Origin: Deferrisomatales bacterium
GTDB taxonomy: Bacteria > Desulfobacterota > Deferrisomatia > Deferrisomatales > JACRMM01
Assembly: GCA_033551855.1 (NCBI GenBank)
Contig: JAWSUI010000029.1
Location: 1 to 49,712 of the forward strand
Length of the DNA stretch: 49,712 nucleotides
Direction: 5' to 3'
Translations under genes and position numbers: made by a program
The notes under the pieces: model-generated
What the model was told of the DNA's origin: nothing
Seen by the model: only the letters and a program-made list of their open reading frames with translations
Database searches by the model: none
Part shown: in pieces, positions 27,941 to 36,953 of the stretch
Position numbering within the stretch: the stretch's first letter is position 1
Layout: every line of letters begins with the position of its first letter

Positions 27941-28459
27941 ATGAAGACCGACGACCTTTCCCGGCTGCTCTCGAGCCTGCCCTGCCCCGAGGTGCTGCTC
28001 TGTGTCCAGGCCGGGGACGTGAAGGATGTGGTGGCGGTGACCACCATGTGGGTCTCCTACGACCCCGTGATCGCGGCCGTCTACCTGAAGCCGGGCTCCG
28101 CGGCCCACCGACTCGTCAACGAGGGGCGCAACTTCACCCTGAACGTGGTGGACGAGGCCCACAACCGCCAGGCGCTGCTGGCAGGGTCGTTGGGGGGCGA
28201 CGACCCTGGCAAGCTCGACCGGCTGGATCTAGGCTTCCTGCCCGCGACCACCGTCCCCAGCCCTCGGATCGAAGGGGTCTCGGCGAGCTACGAGTGTCGG
28301 GTCCTCAAGGTGGCGGCCTGCGGCACCCACGACCTCTTCCTGGGGCTGGTCACCGACTTCCGGGTCGCCGAGACCGGCAAGCCGGTGATCCGATACCGGG
28401 GCGAGAGCCGAGGGCTCGGCGGCGCCCTGCCGGGTCCGGACGTGAAGTACCCACACTGA
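27941..28459 (+). CDS. Flavin reductase-like (FMN-binding split barrel) protein
   Basis: WVSYDP, FTLNVV, SPRIEG...ECRV and GTHDLFLGLV motifs. GGAGG RBS. Confidence 0.82.
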   Translation: MKTDDLSRLLSSLPCPEVLLCVQAGDVKDVVAVTTMWVSYDPVIAAVYLKPGSAAHRLVNEGRNFTLNVVDEAHNRQALLAGSLGGDDPGKLDRLDLGFLPATTVPSPRIEGVSASYECRVLKVAACGTHDLFLGLVTDFRVAETGKPVIRYRGESRGLGGALPGPDVKYPH

Positions 28460-28558
28460 GGAGGGGATCGGGACGGGGGATAACGGGATCGACGGGATGG
28501 CGACACGGATGGGGGGGTACGCGACCACAGGGACGGGGGGAGCGGAAGGACCCGGGTC

Positions 28559-29611
28559 GTGACGACCCTTCGGGGCACGGTCCAGACCGGCCGCCGCGAG
28601 GCGGCGGGCTTCCTCACCGTGCCCTGGGTTGCAGAACGACTGCGCGGGAGGTACGGGTTCGTCCCCTACCCCGGAACCCTCAACCTCAGGATCGAGACCC
28701 CGGAGGACCAGGATCGCTGGGAGGCGCTCCGTGACGGCCCGGGGTGGTGGATCCTCCTGCCCGAAGCGGTGGAGTTCTGCGACGCCGCCTGCCTCCCGGT
28801 GTTGGTCCAGGGGAAGGCCCGCGGGGTGATCGTCGTCCCGGACGTTCCCGGCTACCCGCGGGACCTCGTGGAAGTCGTGGCTCCGGAGAACCTCCGAGAG
28901 CGCCTGGGGCTGCGCGACGGAGACCCCTGCCTCTTGGAGGCGCCCCCGGCCCCTTTCTTTTCCTGCGTGCTCTTCGACCTGGAGGGCACCCTCGTCGACT
29001 TCCAGTGGAAGCTGGCAGAGGCCGAGGAGGAGCTCCGGGACGCGGCAGCCGACCTCGGCTACGACCGCAGGGGATTCGCCTCCGACAACTACGCCGGCAT
29101 CCTCCACCGGGCCCTGGACCTCGCGGCTTCGCCAACGGCGCGGGAGGACGTGGCCCGGCGCCTCGGGCCGATCTACGACCGCTATGACCTGGACGCCCTC
29201 TCCCGGTGGAGTCCCAGGCCGGACGCCGCGGAGTTGCTGGCGGACCTCCGGGCCCGCGGGGTGTCGTTGGGCCTGGTCACCAACATCGGGCGCCGGGCGG
29301 CCGAGGGCGCCCTGGACCGTTTCGGCCTCCGACCGCTGCTGGGCGCGCGGATCACGCGCAACGACGTGACGCGCCTCAAGCCCGACGGCGAAGGGATCCG
29401 CAAGGCCCTGCGGGGATTGGGGTGCGGGGGCAGGGCCCTTATGGTGGGGGACAGCCTCTCCGACCTCTACGCCGCACGGGAAGCGGGCCTCCCGGTGGCG
29501 ATCGTATCCGGCGGAGAGTGCTCCGAGCAAACGATCCGGGCCCACGGCCCCGATCACCTCCTCGCTTCCCTCTCGGAGGTGCTGACGGTGGTGTGTCCCG
29601 AGACCGCCTGA
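28559..29611 (+). CDS. Fusion: archaeal-type CTP-dependent riboflavin kinase (N) + HAD phosphatase (C)
   Basis: GTVQTG, GFVPYPGTLNL and EVVAPENLRERLGLRDGD (MJ0056/RibK-type), then FDLEGTLVD, VTN, LKP and GDSLSD HAD motifs in one ORF. Confidence 0.8.
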   Translation: MTTLRGTVQTGRREAAGFLTVPWVAERLRGRYGFVPYPGTLNLRIETPEDQDRWEALRDGPGWWILLPEAVEFCDAACLPVLVQGKARGVIVVPDVPGYPRDLVEVVAPENLRERLGLRDGDPCLLEAPPAPFFSCVLFDLEGTLVDFQWKLAEAEEELRDAAADLGYDRRGFASDNYAGILHRALDLAASPTAREDVARRLGPIYDRYDLDALSRWSPRPDAAELLADLRARGVSLGLVTNIGRRAAEGALDRFGLRPLLGARITRNDVTRLKPDGEGIRKALRGLGCGGRALMVGDSLSDLYAAREAGLPVAIVSGGECSEQTIRAHGPDHLLASLSEVLTVVCPETA

Positions 29612-29739
29612 GGGCCCCCCCGCGAGGGCCGTCGTCGGGATCGGGAGCGCAGGCGGTGCCTGCGGGTCGATGCCGATCCCGATGCCGATGGGGGTCGGGT
29701 TCCGCGGATGGGTTCCCTAGGGGGGCTAGGCGCAGGCTC

Positions 29740-30030
29740 TCACGGGAAGCGGGAGCGAAATCTCTCGACGGCCTCGTGCAACTCCTTCCACGCCTTGTCT
29801 GCGCCGGTTCGGAGCTCCTGCCACGCCCCCTCGGCAGAGCTCCCGATCCTCGACAGTTTGTCCTGCGCTTCCGCGCGCTTGGTGCGGAGCTCCCCGAGCA
29901 GGCGCTCGTACTCCCCGCGCCTCTCGGCCTGGATCTCCCGGACGCGACCCCCCAACCGGTCGATCGCCGCATTCCACTCGTCGAGCTTGGCCTTCAACCG
30001 CTCCACGTAGGCGTCTCGTGTCTCCTTCAT
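29740..30030 (-). CDS. Small coiled-coil protein (Sll1863-like stress protein)
   Basis: RDAYVERLKAKLDEWNA...AWQELRTGADKAWKEL pattern. AAGGAG RBS. Confidence 0.75.
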   Translation of the reverse strand: MKETRDAYVERLKAKLDEWNAAIDRLGGRVREIQAERRGEYERLLGELRTKRAEAQDKLSRIGSSAEGAWQELRTGADKAWKELHEAVERFRSRFP

Positions 30031-30294
30031 CTCATGTCTCCTTCGGCTCGTCGCTCCCACGGGCTCTATAAAGAAGGTTCATCCGGGAAATGACCGGGTA
30101 CTCGTGTCCAGGGACGACCGGGTGGGCCCGGCCACGCAGGCGGACGGCCGCTCGACGGGAGCAGCCGTTTCGGGAGCCGCGATGCCGCGAGGATTCCGAA
30201 TGCGGCGCGGGAGCCCATCTACCATACAGCCCGGCATCGTCTGCCGGAGGGGGCGGGCCCACCCGGTCGTTTACTGGAAGAACCACAAAGAAAC

Positions 30295-30948
30295 TCAGTA
30301 GTCGATCCCCGGCTGCGGCTCGATGTCCTTCCGGTAGGCATGCTTCACCTCCCGGACCTCGCTCACGGTGTCGGCCCTGTCGATCACCTCGGGGTGGGCA
30401 TCCCTCCCGGTGAGGACCAGGTGGAGGAGGGGGGGCTTGCGGTCCAGAAGCTCCAGGACCTGCACCAGGTCGAGCAGCTTGAGGTGCAGGGCGTTGTTGA
30501 TCTCGTCCAAGATGAGGAGGTCGACGGTGCCGGAGCCGATCTTCTCACGAACGATGGCCAGGGCCTCCTGGGCGTTGGCGCGGTGCTCCCTCCAGGGGTA
30601 CGGGTTGCCCTGGATCCCACAGAACCCCTTTCCCGTCGCGATGAGCTCGATGGCGCAGCCCATCCGCTTCACCCCGTCCCACTCCCCGGCGTAGAGATCG
30701 CCCTTCATGAATTGCACGATGCAGACCCGCATCCCATGACCGCAGGCCCTCACGGCCATCCCCAGGGCAGAGGTGGTCTTCCCCTTGCCGTTGCCCGTGA
30801 CGACCACCACCAGGCCCCTGCGCTCCTTGGGCTCGAGACGCTGGATCACCGGGGGCGGCCCCGGAACCCCCTCCGGGACGCCCGGCGCCGGGGCCTCCAG
30901 CTCGCAGGACGCGCCGTCCGCCTCGCGGTCCGGATCCGTCACGTTCAC
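30295..30948 (-). CDS. cobO: Cob(I)yrinic acid a,c-diamide adenosyltransferase (CobA/CobO/BtuR)
   Basis: TGNGKGKTTSALG, QFMKG, LILDEI, LTGRDA and KHAY...GIDY motifs. Confidence 0.92.
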   Translation of the reverse strand: MNVTDPDREADGASCELEAPAPGVPEGVPGPPPVIQRLEPKERRGLVVVVTGNGKGKTTSALGMAVRACGHGMRVCIVQFMKGDLYAGEWDGVKRMGCAIELIATGKGFCGIQGNPYPWREHRANAQEALAIVREKIGSGTVDLLILDEINNALHLKLLDLVQVLELLDRKPPLLHLVLTGRDAHPEVIDRADTVSEVREVKHAYRKDIEPQPGIDY

Positions 30949-31460
30949 GGCGTCAACCGCAAGACCGCGCAGGCGATCCTGCCCCCGGAGGCGCCGGCCG
31001 GGTCGGTCCGGTGGTCGTCGGGCCCTTCGTGGAGGACCATCGAGGCGCCATCGCCATCCAGGATCGGGAAAGGCCCCCCCGTCAGCGCGACCCCCGGAGC
31101 GAACAGCTCCGCGCGGAGCGCCCCATCGGGCCCCACGAAGACGTTCGGCAGGTCCCCCAGGTGGGAACCCTCCGGGTGAAGCAGGCCGTGTTTCCTTCCC
31201 GTTGGATTGTAGTGCCCACCTGCCGAGGCGAAGGGCGGCTCACAGGCGCCCACCTCGTGGATGTGGAAACCGTGGGGCCCGGGGGGAAGCCCGGCGGCGG
31301 TCACGGCGATCAGGACTCCCCCAGGGCCCTCGGCGGCGGTGATTTTCCCCAAGACCCTTCCGTCCGACCCCACCAGCTCCCCCTGGGCGAGGGCGGCCTG
31401 GGAAGAGGCGGCCCAGACCAGGCAGCCTACCCCAAAGGCCGTCGCGGCGAAGCGTCTCAT
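30945..31460 (-). CDS. sodC: Periplasmic Cu/Zn superoxide dismutase
   Basis: Signal peptide, HGFHIHE, AGGHYNP, HLGDLPN, LHEGPDD and RIACAV. ATG overlaps the upstream TGA. Confidence 0.92.
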   Translation of the reverse strand: MRRFAATAFGVGCLVWAASSQAALAQGELVGSDGRVLGKITAAEGPGGVLIAVTAAGLPPGPHGFHIHEVGACEPPFASAGGHYNPTGRKHGLLHPEGSHLGDLPNVFVGPDGALRAELFAPGVALTGGPFPILDGDGASMVLHEGPDDHRTDPAGASGGRIACAVLRLTP

Positions 31461-32077
31461 CCGTGCCTCCTTTCGGCCCACCGGCCGCCGGCGACGAAGC
31501 GGGCCAGATCCTCGTACGGAACGAAACCCGTGAGCAACCGGCCGTCGAACCCATGGGTCGGGACGGCGGAAACCCCCAGCCGGCGGGCCCGGCCCCAGTC
31601 CTCGTCCACGGGTCGGGCCCACCGCCCTGCAGCGAGGACATCCAAAGCCTCGTCGGGGGGAAGACCGGCCACGCGGCAGACCTCCGCGAGCTCCTCGGGG
31701 CGCGCGATGTTGCGCCCATCAGCGAAGTACGCCCGAAACACCCTCTCCCGAAAGGCATCGCCGACGCCCCGCGCCTCGGCCCACTTGGCCAACTCCTGGG
31801 CCCGGCGCGTGTTGAAGGTGCGCCGGCGCTCTCCCAGCGGGACACCGACGTGGGCCGCCACCCGGCGCAGTCGGGCGAGCACGGCGTCCACGTCGACCCC
31901 GCGGCCAGCAAAGAGCTCCTCCAGGTCGAGCCCCTCCTCGGGGGTCTCGGGGTGCAGAGGAAAACCCGTCCAGCGCACGGGGATTCCGGTCTCGACCTGT
32001 AGCCTCGCGACACCGACCGTGTCGAAGTAGCACCAGGGTCAGGCGAAATCGTAGAAGAGCTCGAGTCCCTGTCTCAC
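31457..32077 (-). CDS. DsbA/FrnE-family oxidoreductase, selenoprotein (UxxC)
   Basis: GTG 32077 reads MRQGLELFYDFA-TGA(32041-32039)-PWCYF in frame with WTGFPLHPETP...GVSAVPT. SECIS-like hairpin follows. Confidence 0.85.
32008..32024 (-). promoter_or_regulatory. Putative bacterial SECIS element
   Basis: CGACAC-GGTCG-GTGTCG stem-loop. The loop G lies 21 nt downstream of the in-frame UGA. Confidence 0.7.
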
Positions 32078-32080
32078 CGC

Positions 32081-32269
32081 CTACCCCGCCTCCCCGCGGG
32101 CCGTCAGGAGGTCCTTCGCCTCCCGGAGCCACCGGATCAGGTCGTCGATCTGGTCCGCGTGCACCTGGATGCGCTGGGAGTGCCCCTGGAACGGGAGTCT
32201 CTGGTCCAAGTACAGGACCGGGTCGACCCGGTCGGTGGTGAGCTCGATCTCGAAGACCTTCTTGTGCAT
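32081..32269 (-). CDS. Small hypothetical protein
   Basis: 62 aa, normal codon pattern, ends 3 nt before the selenoprotein start. Confidence 0.6.
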   Translation of the reverse strand: MHKKVFEIELTTDRVDPVLYLDQRLPFQGHSQRIQVHADQIDDLIRWLREAKDLLTARGEAG

Positions 32270-32369
32270 GGCCGCGCTTCGCCCCGTCCCCCGCCCTAGA
32301 TGATCGGTTCCACAGTACCGCGGGGCACCGGGCCGTCAAACCCCGGGCCGGCAGACCTGGACGGAGAGC

Positions 32370-33218
32370 TCAAGCGACCTCGGACAGCCAGGACCGAACC
32401 GTCTCGACCTGCCTCTCCTCGAGCAGCGCCGGGGCGTGGCCGACCCCGGGCAACTCGACCACCCGGGCCCGAGGGCCCCGGCGCGCCATCTCTTCGGCGG
32501 TCTCCCGGGTCAGGAGGTCCGACTCGGCGCCCCGCAGGACGAGGACCGGGCACCGAACGGCGTCCCACACGGTCCACAGGTCCACGTCCTCCAGGGAACT
32601 CGCCCGGAAGGCCGCACCGATGCCGGGGTCGTAGTGCAAGGCCAGGGTCCCGTCCGGGAGCCCGCGGGCGCTGTGCTTCGCCAGGTGCTGCCACTGCTCG
32701 CCTGTTAGGGGCCCGAAGGGAGCATGGACCTCGCGCAGATACCCCTCGAGCCCCCGGAAATCCGCAAATCGCGGGTCTGCCCCCACGTACTCCCCGATGC
32801 GCCGGAGGGACTTCTTCGGGAGGAAGGGGCCCACATCGTTGAGGACGAGGCGCCGAAGGGGCGTGCCCGGTTGGGCGGCCAGCATCATGCCGAGGAGCCC
32901 TCCCAGGGAGGTGCCCACCCAGTCCACGGCCGTCCCGTCCAGTCGCGCCAGGAGGGCGACCATGTCCGACAGGTATACCGGGTAAGCGTAGCCGGCCGGG
33001 TGTGGCAGCCACTCACTCTGCCCGCGGCCCGGCAGGTCCGGGCACGCCACCCGGAAGAGGCCTGCGAGGGCCGAGGCCAGGACGTCGAAGTCCCGACCGT
33101 TTCGCGTGAGCCCGTGGACACACACCACCACCCGGGGATTCGCCGGATCACCCCACTCGTGGTAGGCAACCCGGTGGAAACCGTGGGGCCCCAGCCCCAG
33201 CAACGATCTCGTCACCAT
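32370..33218 (-). CDS. Alpha/beta-fold hydrolase
   Basis: CVHGLTRNGRDFD, GTSLGG nucleophile elbow and GVGHAP. Confidence 0.9.
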   Translation of the reverse strand: MVTRSLLGLGPHGFHRVAYHEWGDPANPRVVVCVHGLTRNGRDFDVLASALAGLFRVACPDLPGRGQSEWLPHPAGYAYPVYLSDMVALLARLDGTAVDWVGTSLGGLLGMMLAAQPGTPLRRLVLNDVGPFLPKKSLRRIGEYVGADPRFADFRGLEGYLREVHAPFGPLTGEQWQHLAKHSARGLPDGTLALHYDPGIGAAFRASSLEDVDLWTVWDAVRCPVLVLRGAESDLLTRETAEEMARRGPRARVVELPGVGHAPALLEERQVETVRSWLSEVA

Positions 33219-33257
33219 GGACCCGCCTCCCTTTCTCGCCTCCCCTCGTGGCTTGCC

Positions 33258-33695
33258 TCACCCGGGCGCTCCGGCGCTGCGGGCGTTCACCACGGTGATC
33301 TGGTCGTTCAGGGTCAGGAAGTCGTACACCCAGCCGAGGCCCAGGAGCCCACCGGTGAGGAGCCAGAGGACGCCGGTGAACCACTTGCCCAGGTACATCC
33401 GGTGCACCCCGAGGACACCCAGGAAGGTGAGGAGGATCCAGCTCACGTTGTAGTCGATCGGGCCCGGCCGGAACCGCAACTCCGCCTCCCGGTCCATGGA
33501 CGGGATCAAGAACAGGTCCACGAGCCACCCGACCCCCAGAAGCCCCAGGGTGAGGAACCAGACCACCCCGGAGACGGGCTTCCCATAGTAGAAGCGGTGG
33601 CTCCCGGTGAAACCGAAGATCCACAGGATGTACCCGATCGTCAGGCTGTGCGTGGCTGTCGGCAAGGCATTTCCCGGGGTCCGGTGCGAGATCAA
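33258..33695 (-). CDS. TM2-domain membrane protein (two TM2 repeats)
   Basis: GFTGSHRFYYGK and GVLGVHRMYLGK repeats. Confidence 0.85.
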   Translation of the reverse strand: MISHRTPGNALPTATHSLTIGYILWIFGFTGSHRFYYGKPVSGVVWFLTLGLLGVGWLVDLFLIPSMDREAELRFRPGPIDYNVSWILLTFLGVLGVHRMYLGKWFTGVLWLLTGGLLGLGWVYDFLTLNDQITVVNARSAGAPG

Positions 33696-34134
33696 AGCAC
33701 CCTCCTTTGCGGTCGCCGCCGCAGGCGGCTGCCCAGCATCCCGTGCGCAACCCCGAGCACCCGCCGGAGCACCGCCGGCAACTCTGCGCCCCCGGCCCAG
33801 TGCCGGCTCAGGGCCCCGGGGGGAGACGCGTCGATGAGGCCTTGAAGGGCGTGGAGGCCAGCGCCACGTCGTCCAGGTATCCGATCGGTCCGAAGAGGGC
33901 CTCGGGGACGAGGTCGATCGGCGAGATGAAGTACGCGAGGGCCAACGCGAGCCTCACCTTCGCCCCGCGGGGCACCTCGGGGTCGGCCGACAGCCGGCAG
34001 AGCACGTGGATGAGATCGGCGGGGAGGAAAACGAGCTCGACCCAAGGCCCAAAGCGCCCTCCTGCGGTCCGGGCCCCATCCCGGATCCGTTGCCGCGCCC
34101 TCTGGTAGCGGTCTGCCTCGCTGTCGCGCCCCAA
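33692..34134 (-). pseudogene. YkvA/DUF1232-family protein with a frameshift near 33856
   Basis: YFISPIDLVPE..FGPIGYLDD in one frame. The natural continuation HALQGLID...RHWAG is in another frame and ends at a TGA overlapping the TM2 TTG start. Confidence 0.7.
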
Positions 34135-34187
34135 GATGCTCGCCTCCCTTGCGCCCGGTCACCGCGGGTTCTACCCTGCCCGTCCCC

Positions 34188-34399
34188 AATACTACGACGA
34201 GCGATCGGGTCTCCGCGTGCGTTCGGCGCGAAACCTTCCCTCCGGCGGGCAGGATCCCGGCACGCGGTGCAGCTCGCGAGACGGTTTCGAGCGGCCCTAC
34301 GGCCCTTCGGTGCGCCCAGAGCATCGTTCCAAGGCCGCCCGCCCACTCTCCAGGAAGGCCCCGCGCCCGACTCTAACGCAACTCCCGCTGCAGTCTAAG
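34188..34399 (-). mobile_element. ~205-bp MITE-like repeat family B, copy 3
   Basis: Same orientation as, and highly similar to, 12680-12889. Confidence 0.75.
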
Positions 34400-34463
34400 C
34401 GGCGACGGGTGCGCCCCGGCGCATCACGACCGCTCGTCCCCCGGGTACTGCCCCCGGGCGTCC

Positions 34464-35246
34464 CTACCCCCCACCCGCGACCCGAGCAGACCGAACCACC
34501 AAGGCGTACACCGCCGCGTCGGCGCCCGCATGGGCCAGCCACGGGGCCGCCAAGCCCCCGGAGAGGCCCCGAAGCACCCCGAGGCCCAACCCGTAGACGG
34601 CGGTCAGGGCCACGCCGGACACCCCGCTGGGGAAGCCCTCCCGGTAGTGCAGGACGCCGAAGAGCAGGGCCTGGAGGCCGAGGGCCGCCGAGGGATGCCG
34701 GAGGCATCGCTCCAGCGCCCCGAGGATGGCCCCCCGGAAGACCGCCTCCTCCATGGCGGCGTTGAGCAGGGCGAAGCCGGCCCCTGCGGGGGCCACGAGC
34801 CACGGGGCGAGGGCAGGCAGGCTGCGGCGGTAGGGTGCGAGGTCGGGGGCGGCGAATGCCACCCACACCCCGGCGCCGAGGGCTCCGGCGGCGGCGAGCC
34901 CTCCCGCAAAGAGGGCCTCGCGGGCCCCGAGCCGGCCGGGCCGAAGCCAGTGCCAGGACCGGCGCAGCCGCGGCACGCACGCGGCGAGACCGAGGTACGC
35001 GAGGAGGGGCAGCAAGACCTTCCAGGGCCAGGGCGGCAAGTCGGCCGGGAACAAGCGGGGCAGAAGCGACAGGGAGAAGAGCAGGAGCGTCAGGTGCAGG
35101 GCGGACGGGTCGTTACTCTCCCCGGCGGCGGCAGCCCGTGCGCACAGGATTCCGAGCCCCGCAACCCCACCCCACCCCAGCAGGCCGTCGGCCAGCGCGG
35201 CCCAGGCGAAGAACCCCGAAGCCCCCAGGGCCAGTCCGGCGCTCAT
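34464..35246 (-). CDS. CPBP/Abi (CAAX-protease-like) intramembrane metalloprotease
   Basis: EEAVFRG, FGVLH and AHAGAD motifs. ATG 35246 overlaps the upstream TGA. Confidence 0.82.
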   Translation of the reverse strand: MSAGLALGASGFFAWAALADGLLGWGGVAGLGILCARAAAAGESNDPSALHLTLLLFSLSLLPRLFPADLPPWPWKVLLPLLAYLGLAACVPRLRRSWHWLRPGRLGAREALFAGGLAAAGALGAGVWVAFAAPDLAPYRRSLPALAPWLVAPAGAGFALLNAAMEEAVFRGAILGALERCLRHPSAALGLQALLFGVLHYREGFPSGVSGVALTAVYGLGLGVLRGLSGGLAAPWLAHAGADAAVYALVVRSARVAGGG

Positions 35247-35650
35247 CCCCGTGACCGGACCCAAAGCCAGGCCGCCTCCGTCTGCGACGACGCGAAGAAG
35301 CGAACCTCCGGCCACCCTCCCGCCGCGCGAGAGCCGGCAGGATCGGGAAGGTCAGTGGGAGCGAACCGCGCCGTGGCCGCGTCCCACCAGCCCTCCCACT
35401 CCCCTCCCCCCACCACCGCGACCCGGCCGAGCCGGGGCAGGTGACGGGCTGCCGGTTCCAGGTCTCTGAGGAGCGCCCCGGTCTCGATGCCCTGGACCCG
35501 GTCCAGGATCACGAGGACCCGGAGGGAAGGAAACCGCTCCAGGGCCCCCTCCAGGAGCAGACGCAGCCCCTGGAGGTCCTGCCGCGTGAGCTTGCCGCCC
35601 AGGCGAAACCCCACGGTGCCGTCGCCGTTCTCGGCCAGGACCTCGTACAC
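35243..35650 (-). CDS. SpoIIAA-like (STAS/SEC14) protein
   Basis: GFRLGGKLT, RVAVVG and VRFF...AAWLW pattern. GGAGG RBS before GTG 35650. Confidence 0.75.
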   Translation of the reverse strand: MYEVLAENGDGTVGFRLGGKLTRQDLQGLRLLLEGALERFPSLRVLVILDRVQGIETGALLRDLEPAARHLPRLGRVAVVGGGEWEGWWDAATARFAPTDLPDPAGSRAAGGWPEVRFFASSQTEAAWLWVRSRG

Positions 35651-35766
35651 GCGACCCTCCGCTTCGGGAGCGAACCTCCTCACTCTCGCGCCATTGTGCC
35701 GGAGCCCCGGCCCGGTGGCCAGGGGCCCGTCGGGCCCGGGGGCCGGGCTCGGACCCCGGCGGCGCC

Positions 35767-36693
35767 TCAGAGCTCTTGTGCCGGTGCGCCCCGCTGCGCG
35801 AAGGCCCTCCGCTCTTCTTCCAGGATGACGAGGAAGGCCCGCGCGGCGGGGGAAAGCTCGTCCGCCTCCCGATAGGCGATGTAGACCGGCAGGGTCATCT
35901 CCTGGTCACGAACCGGGATCACCTGCAGCCGCCCTTCCTCCAACTCCTGGACCACGGCCGAGCGGACGAGGAAACTGACCCCCTCCCCCTTCTCCACCAT
36001 CTCCTTGATGAACTCCAGGTTGCTCGTCTCCAGCAGCACGGTAGGAGCCAGGCCCCTGTCCTCGAAGAGGCGCCGGACCAGGGCCTGGGTGCTCGACCCC
36101 TCCTCCTTGAGGATCACCAACTCCCCTTCCAGAGCGGCGAAGGGGACTCCCTTGGCCCTCCGCGCCAGAGGGTGGGACGGGGCGGCGAAGAGCACCACCT
36201 CCTCCTCTCGGAAGGGCAGGAAGGTCAAGCCCTTGAGTTCCTCCGTGAGCGCCACCACCGCGAGCTCGTTCTTGAGCTCCAGGAGGGTGCGGCAGACATC
36301 GAGGGAGCTCCCCTCGTCCAAGATCACCTTGATCTGGGGGTAGGCCGAGCGGAACCGGCTGATGAGGCCCGGCATCAGGTACCGGGCATAGGTCTTGGTG
36401 GTGCCGATCTTGAGGAGTCCCCGCTTGAGCTCCCGCACCTCGGCCACGAGGCGCTCCATCCGCTTCTCCAGCTCGAAGACCTCCCGGGCCTGCTGGAACA
36501 GGAGCGCCCCGACCTCGGAGAGCACCATCCGCCGGCCCCGCTTCTTGAAGAGCCGGAGCTCCAGAGCCTCTTCCAGGGCGCGGATCTGCCCGGTCACCGC
36601 CGGCTGGGTCACGCACAGATTCCGGGCCGCCTGAGAGAAGCTCTGGCACCGGGCCGCCTCGCAGAACGCCCTGAGCTGGTTGAAGTTGAGCAC
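35767..36693 (-). CDS. LysR-family regulator (CysL/CbbR-like), divergent from ppc
   Basis: LNFNQLRAF...SFSQAARNLCVTQPAVTGQIRALE HTH, EEGSSTQ and LSPAARAF. Confidence 0.92.
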   Translation of the reverse strand: MLNFNQLRAFCEAARCQSFSQAARNLCVTQPAVTGQIRALEEALELRLFKKRGRRMVLSEVGALLFQQAREVFELEKRMERLVAEVRELKRGLLKIGTTKTYARYLMPGLISRFRSAYPQIKVILDEGSSLDVCRTLLELKNELAVVALTEELKGLTFLPFREEEVVLFAAPSHPLARRAKGVPFAALEGELVILKEEGSSTQALVRRLFEDRGLAPTVLLETSNLEFIKEMVEKGEGVSFLVRSAVVQELEEGRLQVIPVRDQEMTLPVYIAYREADELSPAARAFLVILEEERRAFAQRGAPAQEL

Positions 36694-36835
36694 GGCACCT
36701 CCTCTCTCAACCCCGCGGATGGGGCGCAACCGAGGCCGCACCTCCGACGGCCGGGGGTGCGCACGCCGGGGGCTGGCTCGCCTGGAGGCTTTGACCGTCG
36801 GGGTCCGGCCAGCCCATCGCATCTAAAAGATTTGC

Positions 36836-36850
36836 TTATGGCTAACATAA
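36836..36850. promoter_or_regulatory. Putative LysR binding site
   Basis: TTATG-GCTAA-CATAA palindrome containing T-N11-A, in an AT-rich island just upstream of the -35 box. Confidence 0.6.
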
Positions 36851-36861
36851 CCTTATATGAA

Positions 36862-36890
36862 TTGACCACACCAGAATTGGGACCTACACT
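36862..36890 (+). promoter_or_regulatory. Sigma70 promoter of the ppc operon
   Basis: TTGACC, 17-nt spacer, TACACT. AGGAGG RBS and ATG at 36954 follow. Confidence 0.7.
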
Positions 36891-36953
36891 CGAACCACGT
36901 TTTGAAACGGTGGGGCCGCCGGCTGCACGACGCCCCGGACAGGAGGAATCCCC

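Noticed and set aside
30295..30948. Cobalamin riboswitch or B12 link to phenol metabolism
   Set aside because: cobO is mid-operon among stress genes, with no recognisable B12-box upstream
31979..32077. Nonsense pseudogene interpretation of the TGA in the DsbA-like gene
   Set aside because: The TGA falls exactly on the catalytic Cys position and is followed by a SECIS-like hairpin, so Sec is more likely
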